This document shows, piece after piece, positions 53,391-64,000 of a stretch of 64,000 bases of DNA. The position numbers and the translations under genes are program-made. Source of the DNA: an uncultured Actinomycetes bacterium (GTDB lineage Bacteria > Actinomycetota > Coriobacteriia > Anaerosomatales > CAVRZR01); NCBI GenBank assembly GCA_963809535.1, contig CAWEJW010000001.1:1150105-1214104 (forward strand), in the 5' to 3' direction. Positions within the stretch are counted from its first letter, which is position 1. Each line of letters begins with the position of its first letter. The notes under the pieces are model-generated. The model did no database searches and was not told where the DNA came from. It worked only from the letters and a program-made list of their open reading frames with translations.

Positions 53391-53431
53391 GAGGGGGTGA
53401 CAGGCCCTCGCGGGTGCCCTGCCACCCCCTC
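53391..53431. other. Large intercistronic hairpin between the binding-protein gene and the permease genes
   Basis: GAGGGGGTGACAGG ... CCTGCCACCCCCTC, a 14-bp outer stem with one mismatch enclosing a smaller GC stem. Confidence 0.4.
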
Positions 53432-53471
53432 ACGATACGTGCTTGGTTCTCAAACGCGCATCACGCAGGTG

Positions 53472-55193
53472 CTACTTGCCGCCGCCCGTGATCCAGGTCT
53501 TGCCGAATTCCGGCAGCTGCGTGACCCCGAAGACGAAGCCGTGGACACGATCGGATCCGACGAAGTTGTTCCGGTAGAACACGACAGGCGCAACCGGACA
53601 ATCGGCACCGATCTTCTTGTTGATCTCTTCCCATGCCTTCGACCGCGCAGCGGTATCCGCAATAGCGTTCGCCGCCGACATCATGTCGTCGATGGTCTTG
53701 TTGCTGTAACCCGAGTAGTTGTTGCCCCCACCCGTGATGAACATCGAGAGGAGGAAGTTGGCGGGCGTCGGGTAGTCGGCGACCCATCCCATGCGGCCGA
53801 ACTGGACCGTGGACCCCGGCTGCTCGCAGGCCTTGAGGTACGAGGCGAAGTCCGCGTAGGGCTGGAGGTCAGCCGTCACGCCGATAGTGGCCAGGTCGGA
53901 CTGGACGAGCTCCATGATCGGCTTGTGCGCGCCGTCAGCGTTGTACGCGAGCTTGAGCTTCGGCAGTCCCTTTCCGTCCGGGAAGCCGGCCTTCGAAAGG
54001 GCGGCCTTCGCTGCCTCAACGTCGTACTTGGCATCGGGCCACGCCTGCTGCAAATAGCCGCCGATTCCAGGCGGAACGAAGCCGTCAGCCGGAATGCGGG
54101 TTCCCTGGTAGACGACATCGACGATCGCCTGCCGGTTGATCGCCAGAGACACGGCACGCCGGACATCGATGTTCTTCATGACCGGATCGAGGTTGTTGAT
54201 CTCAAGGTAGTAGATGCCGGGGAAGGCGCCCAAAAGGACCTGCTTGCCCGGATCGACGGTGTAGCCGTCCGACGACTCGCCATACGTCGTCTTGGCCGTG
54301 TCGATCTGACCATTACCGATAATCGAGAAGTCAAGGTTCCCAGCCGTGAACTCGAGGTACTCGGTCTCGGTGTCCTTGAAGATGATGTAGTCGACTCCGT
54401 CGAGGTACGGCTTTGTGCCGTAATAGTTCTCGTTCTTCACAGTCTTGAGGAACTGCTCATGCTTCCACGGCTCGGACAACTTGAACGGGCCGTTGCCGAT
54501 GGGCATCTCGCCGAAGGGCACCTTCGTCCCGTTGTAGTCCACGCCACCCTCAACATACTTCTGGGGTACAGGAGCGAGGGCGGGGTGGGCAACCACGAAC
54601 TCGAAGTCGGCGTACGGCTTGGAGAGCGTGACCTCCAAGGTGAGGTCGTCGACTGCCTTCAGGCCGGACATGGTCGTGGCCTTGCCGTCCACGACGTCCT
54701 GATAGCCCTTGACCGACTCGAGGTGGAACCCGAGGACGGAGGGATCGGCCTTCTTGGTGATCGTGTTGATTTCCTTAGGATTCGCGATGCGGTTCCACGC
54801 GTACACGAAGTCCTTGGCCGTCACCGGCGTGCCGTCGCTGAACTTGTCGTTGGGGTTCAGCTTGAACGTCCACACGTCCAAGGTACCGTTCGGTTCCCAG
54901 GACTCGGCCGCAGCCGCCACCAGCTTGGTCGCGTCGAGAGGGTCGATCGCCACAAGGCTGTCGAACAGGTTCGATTCAACGTTGACGCCGCTGGTCTCCT
55001 GCGCATTGTAGGGATCGATGTAGGCCGGCTCGGTCATGTCGCCAAACTGGAACGTGCCACCGGCGACCGGTGTCTCGCCTGTGGTCCCGCCCGGCGTTGT
55101 CGTTGTCGGCTTGCAACCGCTCATGGCGGCCAACGACAGAATCAAACCGAGCGCGAGCACCACTGCTAGGGTGTAGCGCCATCTTACGGACAA
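53472..55193 (-). CDS. Family-5 peptide/nickel ABC substrate-binding lipoprotein (OppA/DppA-like)
   Basis: TTG 55193 follows GAGAGGAG-N7. Lipobox LAAMSGC. Full-length SBP_bac_5 architecture. The ORF-track N-terminus looks non-coding. Confidence 0.8.
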   Translation of the reverse strand: MSVRWRYTLAVVLALGLILSLAAMSGCKPTTTTPGGTTGETPVAGGTFQFGDMTEPAYIDPYNAQETSGVNVESNLFDSLVAIDPLDATKLVAAAAESWEPNGTLDVWTFKLNPNDKFSDGTPVTAKDFVYAWNRIANPKEINTITKKADPSVLGFHLESVKGYQDVVDGKATTMSGLKAVDDLTLEVTLSKPYADFEFVVAHPALAPVPQKYVEGGVDYNGTKVPFGEMPIGNGPFKLSEPWKHEQFLKTVKNENYYGTKPYLDGVDYIIFKDTETEYLEFTAGNLDFSIIGNGQIDTAKTTYGESSDGYTVDPGKQVLLGAFPGIYYLEINNLDPVMKNIDVRRAVSLAINRQAIVDVVYQGTRIPADGFVPPGIGGYLQQAWPDAKYDVEAAKAALSKAGFPDGKGLPKLKLAYNADGAHKPIMELVQSDLATIGVTADLQPYADFASYLKACEQPGSTVQFGRMGWVADYPTPANFLLSMFITGGGNNYSGYSNKTIDDMMSAANAIADTAARSKAWEEINKKIGADCPVAPVVFYRNNFVGSDRVHGFVFGVTQLPEFGKTWITGGGK

Positions 55194-55453
55194 TTCCTGA
55201 CTCCTCTCATTCCGGGACGAAGCAGCATGTGCCACCGCTCTCAAGCGAGAGGCCTCAGAGATCGCCCCGCGCCATCCGCCCAGCGGTAACACGCCGTATC
55301 TGCCGCGCCCGCGAAGAGCAGGCCCGGCCGACCACAACGAAGTTTCCCGCACGTTGCATAGAATGGCAACCCTTGACGTATGGCGCGACGTGCATGGCGC
55401 CACCGGTTTCTGCCGAATGGCGACAGGGCGCCGACGGCGAGCGAGACACAGAA

Positions 55454-55475
55454 GAGGCGCCCGAAGGGGCGCCTC
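55454..55475 (-). terminator. secG terminator
   Basis: GAGGCGCCC-GAAG-GGGCGCCTC stem, followed on the reverse strand by TTCTGTGTCTC. Confidence 0.55.
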
Positions 55476-55506
55476 CACTCGAAGACCCGGGAATCAGGCC
55501 GCAGCG

Positions 55507-55749
55507 CTATGCCGAGATGACCATGAGCACGAGCAGACTCACGCCGAAGATGATCGCCGAAACGATGGTGATGCGGTCGAGGTTCTTCTCGATGATGCTG
55601 GTTCCGCTCGAAGTGACCGGCATCATGCCGCCGAACATCTCGGACAGACCGGCTCCCTTGCCCGAGTGGAGCAGCACGAACACGATGATCGACGTCGCGG
55701 AAAGCACCGTCGTTATGAGCGCGATGATCTCTATGGCCCTCACGTACAT
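55507..55749 (-). CDS. secG: Preprotein translocase subunit SecG
   Basis: 80 aa with two TM helices flanking HSGKGAGLSEMFGG, the SecG signature. Confidence 0.85.
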   Translation of the reverse strand: MYVRAIEIIALITTVLSATSIIVFVLLHSGKGAGLSEMFGGMMPVTSSGTSIIEKNLDRITIVSAIIFGVSLLVLMVISA

Positions 55750-55856
55750 CTCCTCATTCCAAGCCGCCAGTCAAGGACGACTGGCGACCGCAAGCGAAAC
55801 GGATAGCGTCGCGTTCGTAGCATAGTCGCCGTGGCAATCCACACGAAATCGACGGG

Positions 55857-57470
55857 TCAGTATAGCAGACGGCTCGTGCCCGTCCACTCACCAGGCGGCC
55901 TCAAGCCGAGAGCATCGAGCACCGTCGGCGCCACGTCGGCGAGGATGCCGCCGGCCTTGAGCGCGTTCGCGCCAGGCACGATCGCGATCAGCGGCACGTC
56001 GTCGTTCGTGTGCGCGGTGAACGGCGTGCGGCCGTTCGCGTCGATCATACGTTCGGCATTGCCGTGGTCGGCGGTCACGAGGGCCGCACCGCCCTTCGCG
56101 CGGACCGCTGAGACCACGGCGCCCACACTCGCGTCCACCGTCTCGACTGCCTTGACGGCGGCGGCGAGCACACCCGTGTGCCCCACCATGTCGCAGTTTG
56201 CGTAGTTGACGATGTAGACATCCGAGCGGTCCCGCTCGATCGCGGCGACGAGGGCCTCCGTTACCTCAGGCGCACTCATCTCAGGCTGAAGGTCGTACGT
56301 CGGGACCTTGGGACTCGGAATGAGGACGCGCTCCTCCCCTGGTTTCGGAGTCTCGACGCCCCCGTTCAGAAAGAACGTCACGTGTGCATACTTCTCGGTC
56401 TCGGCCGTATGCAGCTGCCTGAGGCCCGCCTCGGACAGCACGTCTGCCAGCACGCAGCGAGGCAGGTCCTTTGGAAACGCCACCGGCGCCGGAATGGTCG
56501 GATCGTATTCGGTGAGGCACACGAAATGCACGTCGGGCACGGTCGGTCGCGCGAAACCGGAGAAGGCGGGATCGACGAACGCTCGAGTGAGCTCGCGTGC
56601 ACGATCTGGCCGGAAGTTGAAGAAGATGGCCGCGTCACCGTCCTTCACCCGCCCGATCGGCTCATGCGGCGCTCCATCGATGCTGGGGCGCGTGATGATC
56701 GCAGGCGCTACGAACTCGTCGGTGACGCCCTCCTCGTACGAGCGCAGGATCGCCGGTACCGCACCGTCGGCGACCTCTCCCTCGCCGAGCACCATCGCGC
56801 GCCAGGCACGCTCCACCCGCTCCCAGCGGTTGTCGCGATCCATCGCGTAGTAGCGACCCATCACCGTCGCAACGTTTCCGACACCGGCTGCAGCCATGAC
56901 ATCCTCGAGTTCGGCGACGTAGCCGGCACCGGATTCGGGAGGCACGTCCCGGCCGTCAAGGAAGCAGTGCACGTAGACGCGATCCGCTTCCCTCAAGGCA
57001 GCCATTCTCAAAAGTGAGTACAGGTGCTCCTGGTGGCTGTGGACGCCGCCGTCGGAGACGAGCCCCATGAAGTGCACGGCCTTGCCGGCCGCCACAGCAG
57101 TGTCGATCGCTGTGCGCAGTACCTCGTTCTCGAAGAGGGTTCCGTCCGCTATCGCGAGGTTGATGCGCGTGAGCTCTTGGAAGACCACCCGCCCCGCGCC
57201 CATGTTGAGGTGTCCCACTTCCGAGTTGCCCATCTGCCCCTCAGGCAGTCCGACGGCCAAGCCGGAGCAGCCCAGACGAGTCGTGGGCCACTCGGAGGTC
57301 AGGCGATCCAAGTTCGGGGTTCGTGCGAGCGTCACCGCGTTTCCGGGGCCAGGACTGGCATCGCCGTAGCCGTCCATGATGATCAGGCAGAACGGCAGGT
57401 TCCGCAGGTCGCGGTCAAGCTTGGAGAGGGCTTCCCGTTCTCCCAAGGGAGCGTGGTGCGCATCGCGCAT
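55857..57470 (-). CDS. gpmI: 2,3-bisphosphoglycerate-independent phosphoglycerate mutase
   Basis: ATG 57470 in ORF 55857..57989. LIIMDGYG, MGNSEVGHLNMGAGR, ADHGNAE. The true start may be slightly downstream, because the N-terminus is about 20 aa longer than usual. Confidence 0.9.
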   Translation of the reverse strand: MRDAHHAPLGEREALSKLDRDLRNLPFCLIIMDGYGDASPGPGNAVTLARTPNLDRLTSEWPTTRLGCSGLAVGLPEGQMGNSEVGHLNMGAGRVVFQELTRINLAIADGTLFENEVLRTAIDTAVAAGKAVHFMGLVSDGGVHSHQEHLYSLLRMAALREADRVYVHCFLDGRDVPPESGAGYVAELEDVMAAAGVGNVATVMGRYYAMDRDNRWERVERAWRAMVLGEGEVADGAVPAILRSYEEGVTDEFVAPAIITRPSIDGAPHEPIGRVKDGDAAIFFNFRPDRARELTRAFVDPAFSGFARPTVPDVHFVCLTEYDPTIPAPVAFPKDLPRCVLADVLSEAGLRQLHTAETEKYAHVTFFLNGGVETPKPGEERVLIPSPKVPTYDLQPEMSAPEVTEALVAAIERDRSDVYIVNYANCDMVGHTGVLAAAVKAVETVDASVGAVVSAVRAKGGAALVTADHGNAERMIDANGRTPFTAHTNDDVPLIAIVPGANALKAGGILADVAPTVLDALGLRPPGEWTGTSRLLY

Positions 57471-57471
57471 G

Positions 57472-58251
57472 CTAGAGCTTCGCGCTCGCTGCGGCCTCGG
57501 CGATATCGGCGAACGAGTCGACCGCGAGGGAGGCTCCACCCACCAGAGCCCCGTCGATGTCGGGCTCGCCGAAGAACAGCCGGGCATTCTCGGGCTTGAC
57601 CGACCCGCCGTAGAGGATCCGGGAGGTGATCGCAGCCGGCGGCCCGCAGAGCGCACCGATGGTGGCGCGGATCGACCGCGCGACGTCATTGGCCATCTCG
57701 GGTGTGGGCGTACGTCCCGTCCCGATCGCCCAGATCGGCTCGTAGGCGACGATGAGTCGATCGAGGTACTTGGCGGGCAATCCCTCGAGCGCAGCGCGCA
57801 CTTGCGCGCGAACGAACGACTCGGTCTCGCCCGCCTCGCGAGTGGCGAGCGTCTCGCCACAGCACACGATCGGCACCATGCCCACCTCGAACACCGCGAG
57901 TGCCTTGCGGCGCACGTCCTCATCCGTCTCGCGGAAGTACTCCCGGCGCTCAGAGTGGCCGACGATGGCGTGATCGCAACGGAGTTCAACGAGCATGCGG
58001 GGCGCGATCGCCCCCGTGAACGCGCCTTCGACTTCCCAGTAGCAGTCCTGTGCGCCGAGCTTCAACCCCAGTTTGTCGAGCTCGATCACCGTCGACACGG
58101 ACTTCAGCGCCGTGAAGGGCGGGCACACGACGACGTCCATCCGGTCCCACCAGCGCTCGAGCCGTTCCTCCATGTCCTGCACGAGCATGGCGGCCTCGCC
58201 CGCCGTCTTGTACATCTTCCAGTTGCCCGCAACCATTGGTCGACGGTCCAT
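57472..58251 (-). CDS. tpiA: Triose-phosphate isomerase
   Basis: VAGNWKMY, IVGHSERR, AYEPIWAIGTG. Confidence 0.95.
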   Translation of the reverse strand: MDRRPMVAGNWKMYKTAGEAAMLVQDMEERLERWWDRMDVVVCPPFTALKSVSTVIELDKLGLKLGAQDCYWEVEGAFTGAIAPRMLVELRCDHAIVGHSERREYFRETDEDVRRKALAVFEVGMVPIVCCGETLATREAGETESFVRAQVRAALEGLPAKYLDRLIVAYEPIWAIGTGRTPTPEMANDVARSIRATIGALCGPPAAITSRILYGGSVKPENARLFFGEPDIDGALVGGASLAVDSFADIAEAAASAKL

Positions 58252-58275
58252 GTTGTCGGTGCTCCTTCCAGCTGG

Positions 58276-59466
58276 TCAGGTTCGGTCGAGCAATGCCTCC
58301 AGCCCCGGGAGTTCGGAGCCCTCGAGCAGCTTCATCGAAGCACCCCCGCCGGTCGACACGAACGTGACGCGTTCCTCGGCGTTGAACTTCCTCAGCGCGG
58401 CGACTGAGTCTCCCCCGCCGACGACGGACACCGCGCGTGAATTCCGCGCGACCGCAAGCGCGACCTCGCGCGTGCCGGATTCGAACGGCGAGAGCTCGAA
58501 GACGCCCATCGGCCCATTCCAAAAGATCGTGCCCGCCCGCGAGATCGCGTCCTTGAAGAGCTCGATGGTGGTCGGTCCGATGTCCAGCCCCATGAGGTCG
58601 GGAGGGATCTCCTCGCGGCCCACGATTGTGGTGTCAGCGTCCTCCACGATCGCGTCGGCGACGACGAAGTCCACCGGCAGCAAGAGTTCGACGCCGCGCT
58701 CCGAGGCCTTGGCGATCATCTGCTTGGCCGGCTCGACCCAATCGGTCTCGACGATGGAACGACCGACGTCGACGCCTTTTGCGACGAGCAGCGTGAAGCA
58801 CATGCCGCCGCCGATGACGAGCGTGTCCACTGAATCGAGCAGACGGTCGATGACTCCGAACTTGTCGGAGACCTTCGACCCGCCGAGGATGGCAACGAAC
58901 GGACGCGCTGGGTCGGTCAGCATCGACGTGAGCGTCTCGACCTCGCGCGCGAGGAGCATCCCCGCGTACGCGGGCAGGTACGCGGTCACACCCACCGTCG
59001 ATGCGTGGGCACGATGTGCGGCGCCGAATGCGTCGTCGACATAGATGTCCGCCAGGGACGCCAGCTGCTTGGCGAAGACCAGGTCGTTCGCCTTCTCGCC
59101 AGGATTGAAGCGCACGTTCTCGAGCATCATGATCTCGCCGTCGACCATCCGCTCCACGGCCTCGGTGGCTTCCGACCCCACCGTCGTGTCGACGAAGTGC
59201 ACGTTGCGACCCAGGAGCCGTGCGAGCACGCGCCCGACCGGGCGAAGACTGTATGCGGGGTCGGGCTCCCCCTTTGGGCGCCCGAGGTGACTCACGATGA
59301 TGACGCGCGCCCCGTGATCGACGAGATAGCGCAGCGTCGGCAGCGCTGCCCGGATGCGGGTGTCGTCGGCAACCGTGCCCTCGCTGAGCGGCACGTTGAA
59401 GTCGACGCGCACCAGAACCCGCTTGCCGCTGACGTCGGCGTCACGAACGGTGAGCTTGTCGAACAT
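58276..59466 (-). CDS. pgk: Phosphoglycerate kinase
   Basis: ATG 59466 gives MFDKLTVRDADVSGKRVLVRVDFNVPL. FWNGPMGVFE, STGGGAS. Confidence 0.95.
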   Translation of the reverse strand: MFDKLTVRDADVSGKRVLVRVDFNVPLSEGTVADDTRIRAALPTLRYLVDHGARVIIVSHLGRPKGEPDPAYSLRPVGRVLARLLGRNVHFVDTTVGSEATEAVERMVDGEIMMLENVRFNPGEKANDLVFAKQLASLADIYVDDAFGAAHRAHASTVGVTAYLPAYAGMLLAREVETLTSMLTDPARPFVAILGGSKVSDKFGVIDRLLDSVDTLVIGGGMCFTLLVAKGVDVGRSIVETDWVEPAKQMIAKASERGVELLLPVDFVVADAIVEDADTTIVGREEIPPDLMGLDIGPTTIELFKDAISRAGTIFWNGPMGVFELSPFESGTREVALAVARNSRAVSVVGGGDSVAALRKFNAEERVTFVSTGGGASMKLLEGSELPGLEALLDRT

Positions 59467-59515
59467 CGCACGCTCCTGACTCGACCACTGGGGCGACGCG
59501 GAGCCAGGCAACGCT

Positions 59516-61600
<2,085 letters not shown>

Positions 61601-61604
<4 letters not shown>

Positions 61605-62605
61605 GCCGTCCGATCGCGAGGCGCGCTGAGCACGGAGGCCAGCGCCGCCTCGAGCTTCGCGGGATCGTGACGCGTGGGGCGGGCGGGATCGACGAGCTCG
61701 GCCGCGACGACTTCGGGCACAAGAGAGGCGATCGCAGAGCGTACTTCGGCGTTGCTCACGACGGATTCGACGTGCTTGTCCGACTCCGGACAAACGCCGG
61801 GCGCTGGCGGTGGGCCCGGCGAAGGCGGCTCGTGAACCAGCGCCACGTCGAGCGCACCCTCGAGGCCGTGCTCGACGAGCGCGCGAACGTGATCCGCTGC
61901 GTCGAGCCCGCATGTCTCGCCACGCTGATTCGCGACATTGCAGACGTACACGCGTCGGCCGTGAGACGCGCGAACGGCGTCAGCGACGTTTGCGACGAGG
62001 AAGTTCGGTATCACGCTCGTGAACAGGCTTCCTGGTCCTACGACGATGACGTCTGCCTGTCCGATCGCGTCGACCGCCGGCAGGTATGCAGCCGGGAACT
62101 CCGGCTCCAAGAGCACGTTCGCGACCGCCTCCTCGCTCGCAGCGATGTTCGCCTGCCCGGACACGGGCCTGCCGAGGCGGTCTTCGGCGTGTAGGATCAC
62201 GTCCTCGAGCGTCGAGGGAAGCACGCGCCCGCGCGCATCGAGCAACCGTTCCGAGGCCTCGATCGCCTCGGGGAAGCCGCCCGTGAGATCGGCGAGGGCC
62301 GCGATCATGAGATTGCCGAGCGCGTGGCCGGCGAGCCCCTCACCGTGTGGGAATCGGTACTGGAAGAGGCGTGCCGTCAGACTGTTGGGGTCGCTCAGGG
62401 CGACGAGGCAGTTGCGCACATCGCCCGGCGGGAGTATGCCGAGTTCGCGGCGCAGCTGCCCGGAGGAGCCGCCATCATCGGCCATCGTCACGATCGCCGT
62501 CGTCTCGAAGCCAAGGTCGACCAGCACCCGGAGGACGATGGGCAGTCCGGTCCCTCCCCCGATCGCGACAGCTCGGCGGGCACTTCCAGGGGCGTCTTCG
62601 GCCAT
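61601..62605 (-). CDS. yvcK: Gluconeogenesis factor YvcK/CuvA (CofD-like)
   Basis: VAIGGGTGL..VTMADDGGSSG..PPGDVRNCL. Confidence 0.9.
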
Positions 62606-63522
62606 CAGCGGGACTCCACGTCTCGGCCCATGTCGCGGTGCCCTACGGTCACGTGCCAGCCCCCGCGCCGCAAGTGGTCGGCGGTGACCTCCGTCAGCAC
62701 GACGCTTCGGTGCATGCCTCCCGTGCAGCCCATCGCGATGGTGAGGTGCTGCTTACCCTCCTCGATGTAGCCCGGCACGATCTGGTCCAAGAGCGAGAAC
62801 CAACGGCTAAGGAATTCCTGTGTCTCGTCGCGTTCGAGCACGTAGTCCCTGACGGTGCGCTCCAGACCAGTGCGGTCCCGCAGCCTCACGATGTAGTAGG
62901 GATTCGGCAGGAAACGGACGTCCATCACGATGTCGGCATCGACCGGCATGCTGTGCTTGAAACCGAACGAGATCACCGAGATGCTCAGCGTGCTCGAGAG
63001 ATTCTCGGCGTATCGATCGCGCAACACCCGCCGCAAGTCGGCAGGCTTGAGTTTGCTCGTGTCGATGATGATGTCCGCGCGCGCCTTGATGACCGAGAGA
63101 GCCTCCCGCTCGGCGTTTATCGCGTCGACGAGCGACTCCCCCTCCTTGGCCATCGGGTGCCGACGGCGCGTTTCTTTGAAGCGTCGGAGGAGCCGGTCGC
63201 TATCGGCCTCCAGGAAGATCAGCTGGAACGGGATCCCATCGTCCTCTAGGTCCTCCAGCTCCCCCACGAGCTCGTCGAAGAACTCCATCGCTCGCATGTC
63301 GGAGACGAGGGCGACCCGGCGAATCCTGCTCCCAGGCAGAGACGCGAGGTCCACGACCTGCCGCAGGAACGATGGCGGCAAGTTGTCTATGCAGAAGTAG
63401 CCTAGGTCCTCGAATGTATGGACGGCCTCGCTGCGACCAGCCCCGGACATGCCGGTTATGACAACGAGCTCGATGTCTGAGCCGCGCTCTCGTGACCCCT
63501 GGTCGGCATGTGCCTCGGCCAT
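62605..63522 (-). CDS. rapZ: RNase adapter/nucleotide-binding protein RapZ (YvcJ)
   Basis: VVITGMSGAGRS Walker A, GYFCIDNLPP, CTGGMHRSV. Confidence 0.9.
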   Translation of the reverse strand: MAEAHADQGSRERGSDIELVVITGMSGAGRSEAVHTFEDLGYFCIDNLPPSFLRQVVDLASLPGSRIRRVALVSDMRAMEFFDELVGELEDLEDDGIPFQLIFLEADSDRLLRRFKETRRRHPMAKEGESLVDAINAEREALSVIKARADIIIDTSKLKPADLRRVLRDRYAENLSSTLSISVISFGFKHSMPVDADIVMDVRFLPNPYYIVRLRDRTGLERTVRDYVLERDETQEFLSRWFSLLDQIVPGYIEEGKQHLTIAMGCTGGMHRSVVLTEVTADHLRRGGWHVTVGHRDMGRDVESR

Positions 63523-63557
63523 GCGATCCTCACATCTCGGGGGCTGACGTAATCAGT

Positions 63558-64000
63558 CTAGTCGACCGAGTCCTCACGAGCTGTCCGGGACCCGTTGGGG
63601 TCACCGGCGGGACTCGCAGCCAGCGTATCGACGACCTCCACTGCGACCGAATGGGGGATGCCGCGCACGGCAGCGATCTCGTCAACGGAGGTGGCGCGCA
63701 ACCGCCTGACCGACCCGAAGGCCTTCAGCAGGGCCTTCTTGCGCTTTGGACCGAGACCGGGGATGTCGTCGAGCTCGCTCGCGGTCATCGCCTTGCCGCG
63801 CATGTCGCGGTGGTAGGTGATGGCGAAACGATGTGCCTCATCACGGATGCGCTTGACCAGGTAGAGAGACGCTGAACCATTTGGCAGCACAACTGACTCG
63901 TCCCAACCGGGAACGAAGAGCTCCTCTTCGCGCTTGGCCAGAGCAGCGACCGGGACAGCGTCGACCCCGCTCGCTTCGAGCGCGGCGACCGCAGCCGACA
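63558..64000 (-). CDS. uvrC: Excinuclease ABC subunit C, C-terminal part (gene continues beyond the right edge)
   Basis: RIRDEAHRFAITYHR and a C-terminal (HhH)2 region IPGLGPKRKKALLKAFGSV..EIAAVRGI. The reading frame stays open upstream of the listed ORF 63558..63890 to position 64000. Confidence 0.85.
   Translation of the reverse strand, partial: SAAVAALEASGVDAVPVAALAKREEELFVPGWDESVVLPNGSASLYLVKRIRDEAHRFAITYHRDMRGKAMTASELDDIPGLGPKRKKALLKAFGSVRRLRATSVDEIAAVRGIPHSVAVEVVDTLAASPAGDPNGSRTAREDSVD

Noticed and set aside
53397-55169. 590-aa + strand ORF, and similar long antisense ORFs (for example 18746..20014, 28843..30057, 3635..4462, 39538..40782, 8306..9364)
   Set aside because: All lie antisense to, or out of frame with, genes of clear homology. 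All are Arg/Gly/Pro/Asp-rich with no motifs. These are typical GC-rich shadow ORFs.
55857-57989. 710-aa ORF extending gpmI upstream
   Set aside because: The N-terminal 170 aa overlap tpiA in another frame and look non-coding. The gpmI start is taken at ATG 57470, just after the tpiA stop.

Overview
High-GC (about 63-65% by eye) chromosomal window from a Gram-positive-type bacterium. The right end carries uvrC-rapZ-yvcK-whiA-gap-pgk-tpiA-gpmI-secG. That order is actinobacterial-like, with a Firmicutes-like gpmI inserted. I called about 70 protein genes, four tRNAs (Val-GAC, Gly-GCC, Cys-GCA, Leu-GAG) and several regulatory sites. Most long overlapping or antisense ORFs in the track are Arg/Pro/Ser-rich shadow frames of a GC-rich genome and were discarded. 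Many true starts are internal to the listed ORFs, and GTG/TTG starts are common. No CRISPR array, transposase or integrase is visible.

Four regions stand out:

1. Coordinates 2.8-13.6 kb form a tungsten/molybdenum island. It holds tupABC, a single molybdenum-storage-protein (MoSto) homologue, a MOT1-family transporter, a secreted di-haem c protein with a Moco-oxidoreductase-like domain, and a radical-SAM plus nitroreductase pair. Two clearly paralogous structured leaders (Moco/Tuco-riboswitch-like) sequester the ribosome-binding sites, and there is a possible third, tandem copy.

2. A self-contained sigma-54 cassette (rpoN, PAS histidine kinase, NtrC-type activator) sits immediately upstream of a near-perfect -24/-12 promoter that drives a zinc-ribbon membrane protein. 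A second good -24/-12 promoter lies upstream of the lipoprotein-tupABC unit.

3. A CsoR-type repressor has two near-identical ATACCC-N-GGGTAT operators, each embedded in divergent -10 boxes. They appear to control a CDF exporter, csoR itself, a trxA-fmdB-DUF302 operon and a membrane-anchored divergent ferrochelatase-like gene.

4. tRNA-Cys is followed by two decayed direct copies of its 3' half. These look like att-site scars of lost integrative elements.

Other points: two apparent frameshifts (a lipoprotein, and an aminotransferase whose shifted frame creates a spurious 680-aa fusion ORF), a giant HAMP-GAF-PP2C phosphatase paired with a fused STAS/RsbW-like kinase, and a B12-radical-SAM gene coupled to a degenerate radical-SAM-like partner. 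All calls come from reading the sequence and ORF translations by eye. No database search was run.
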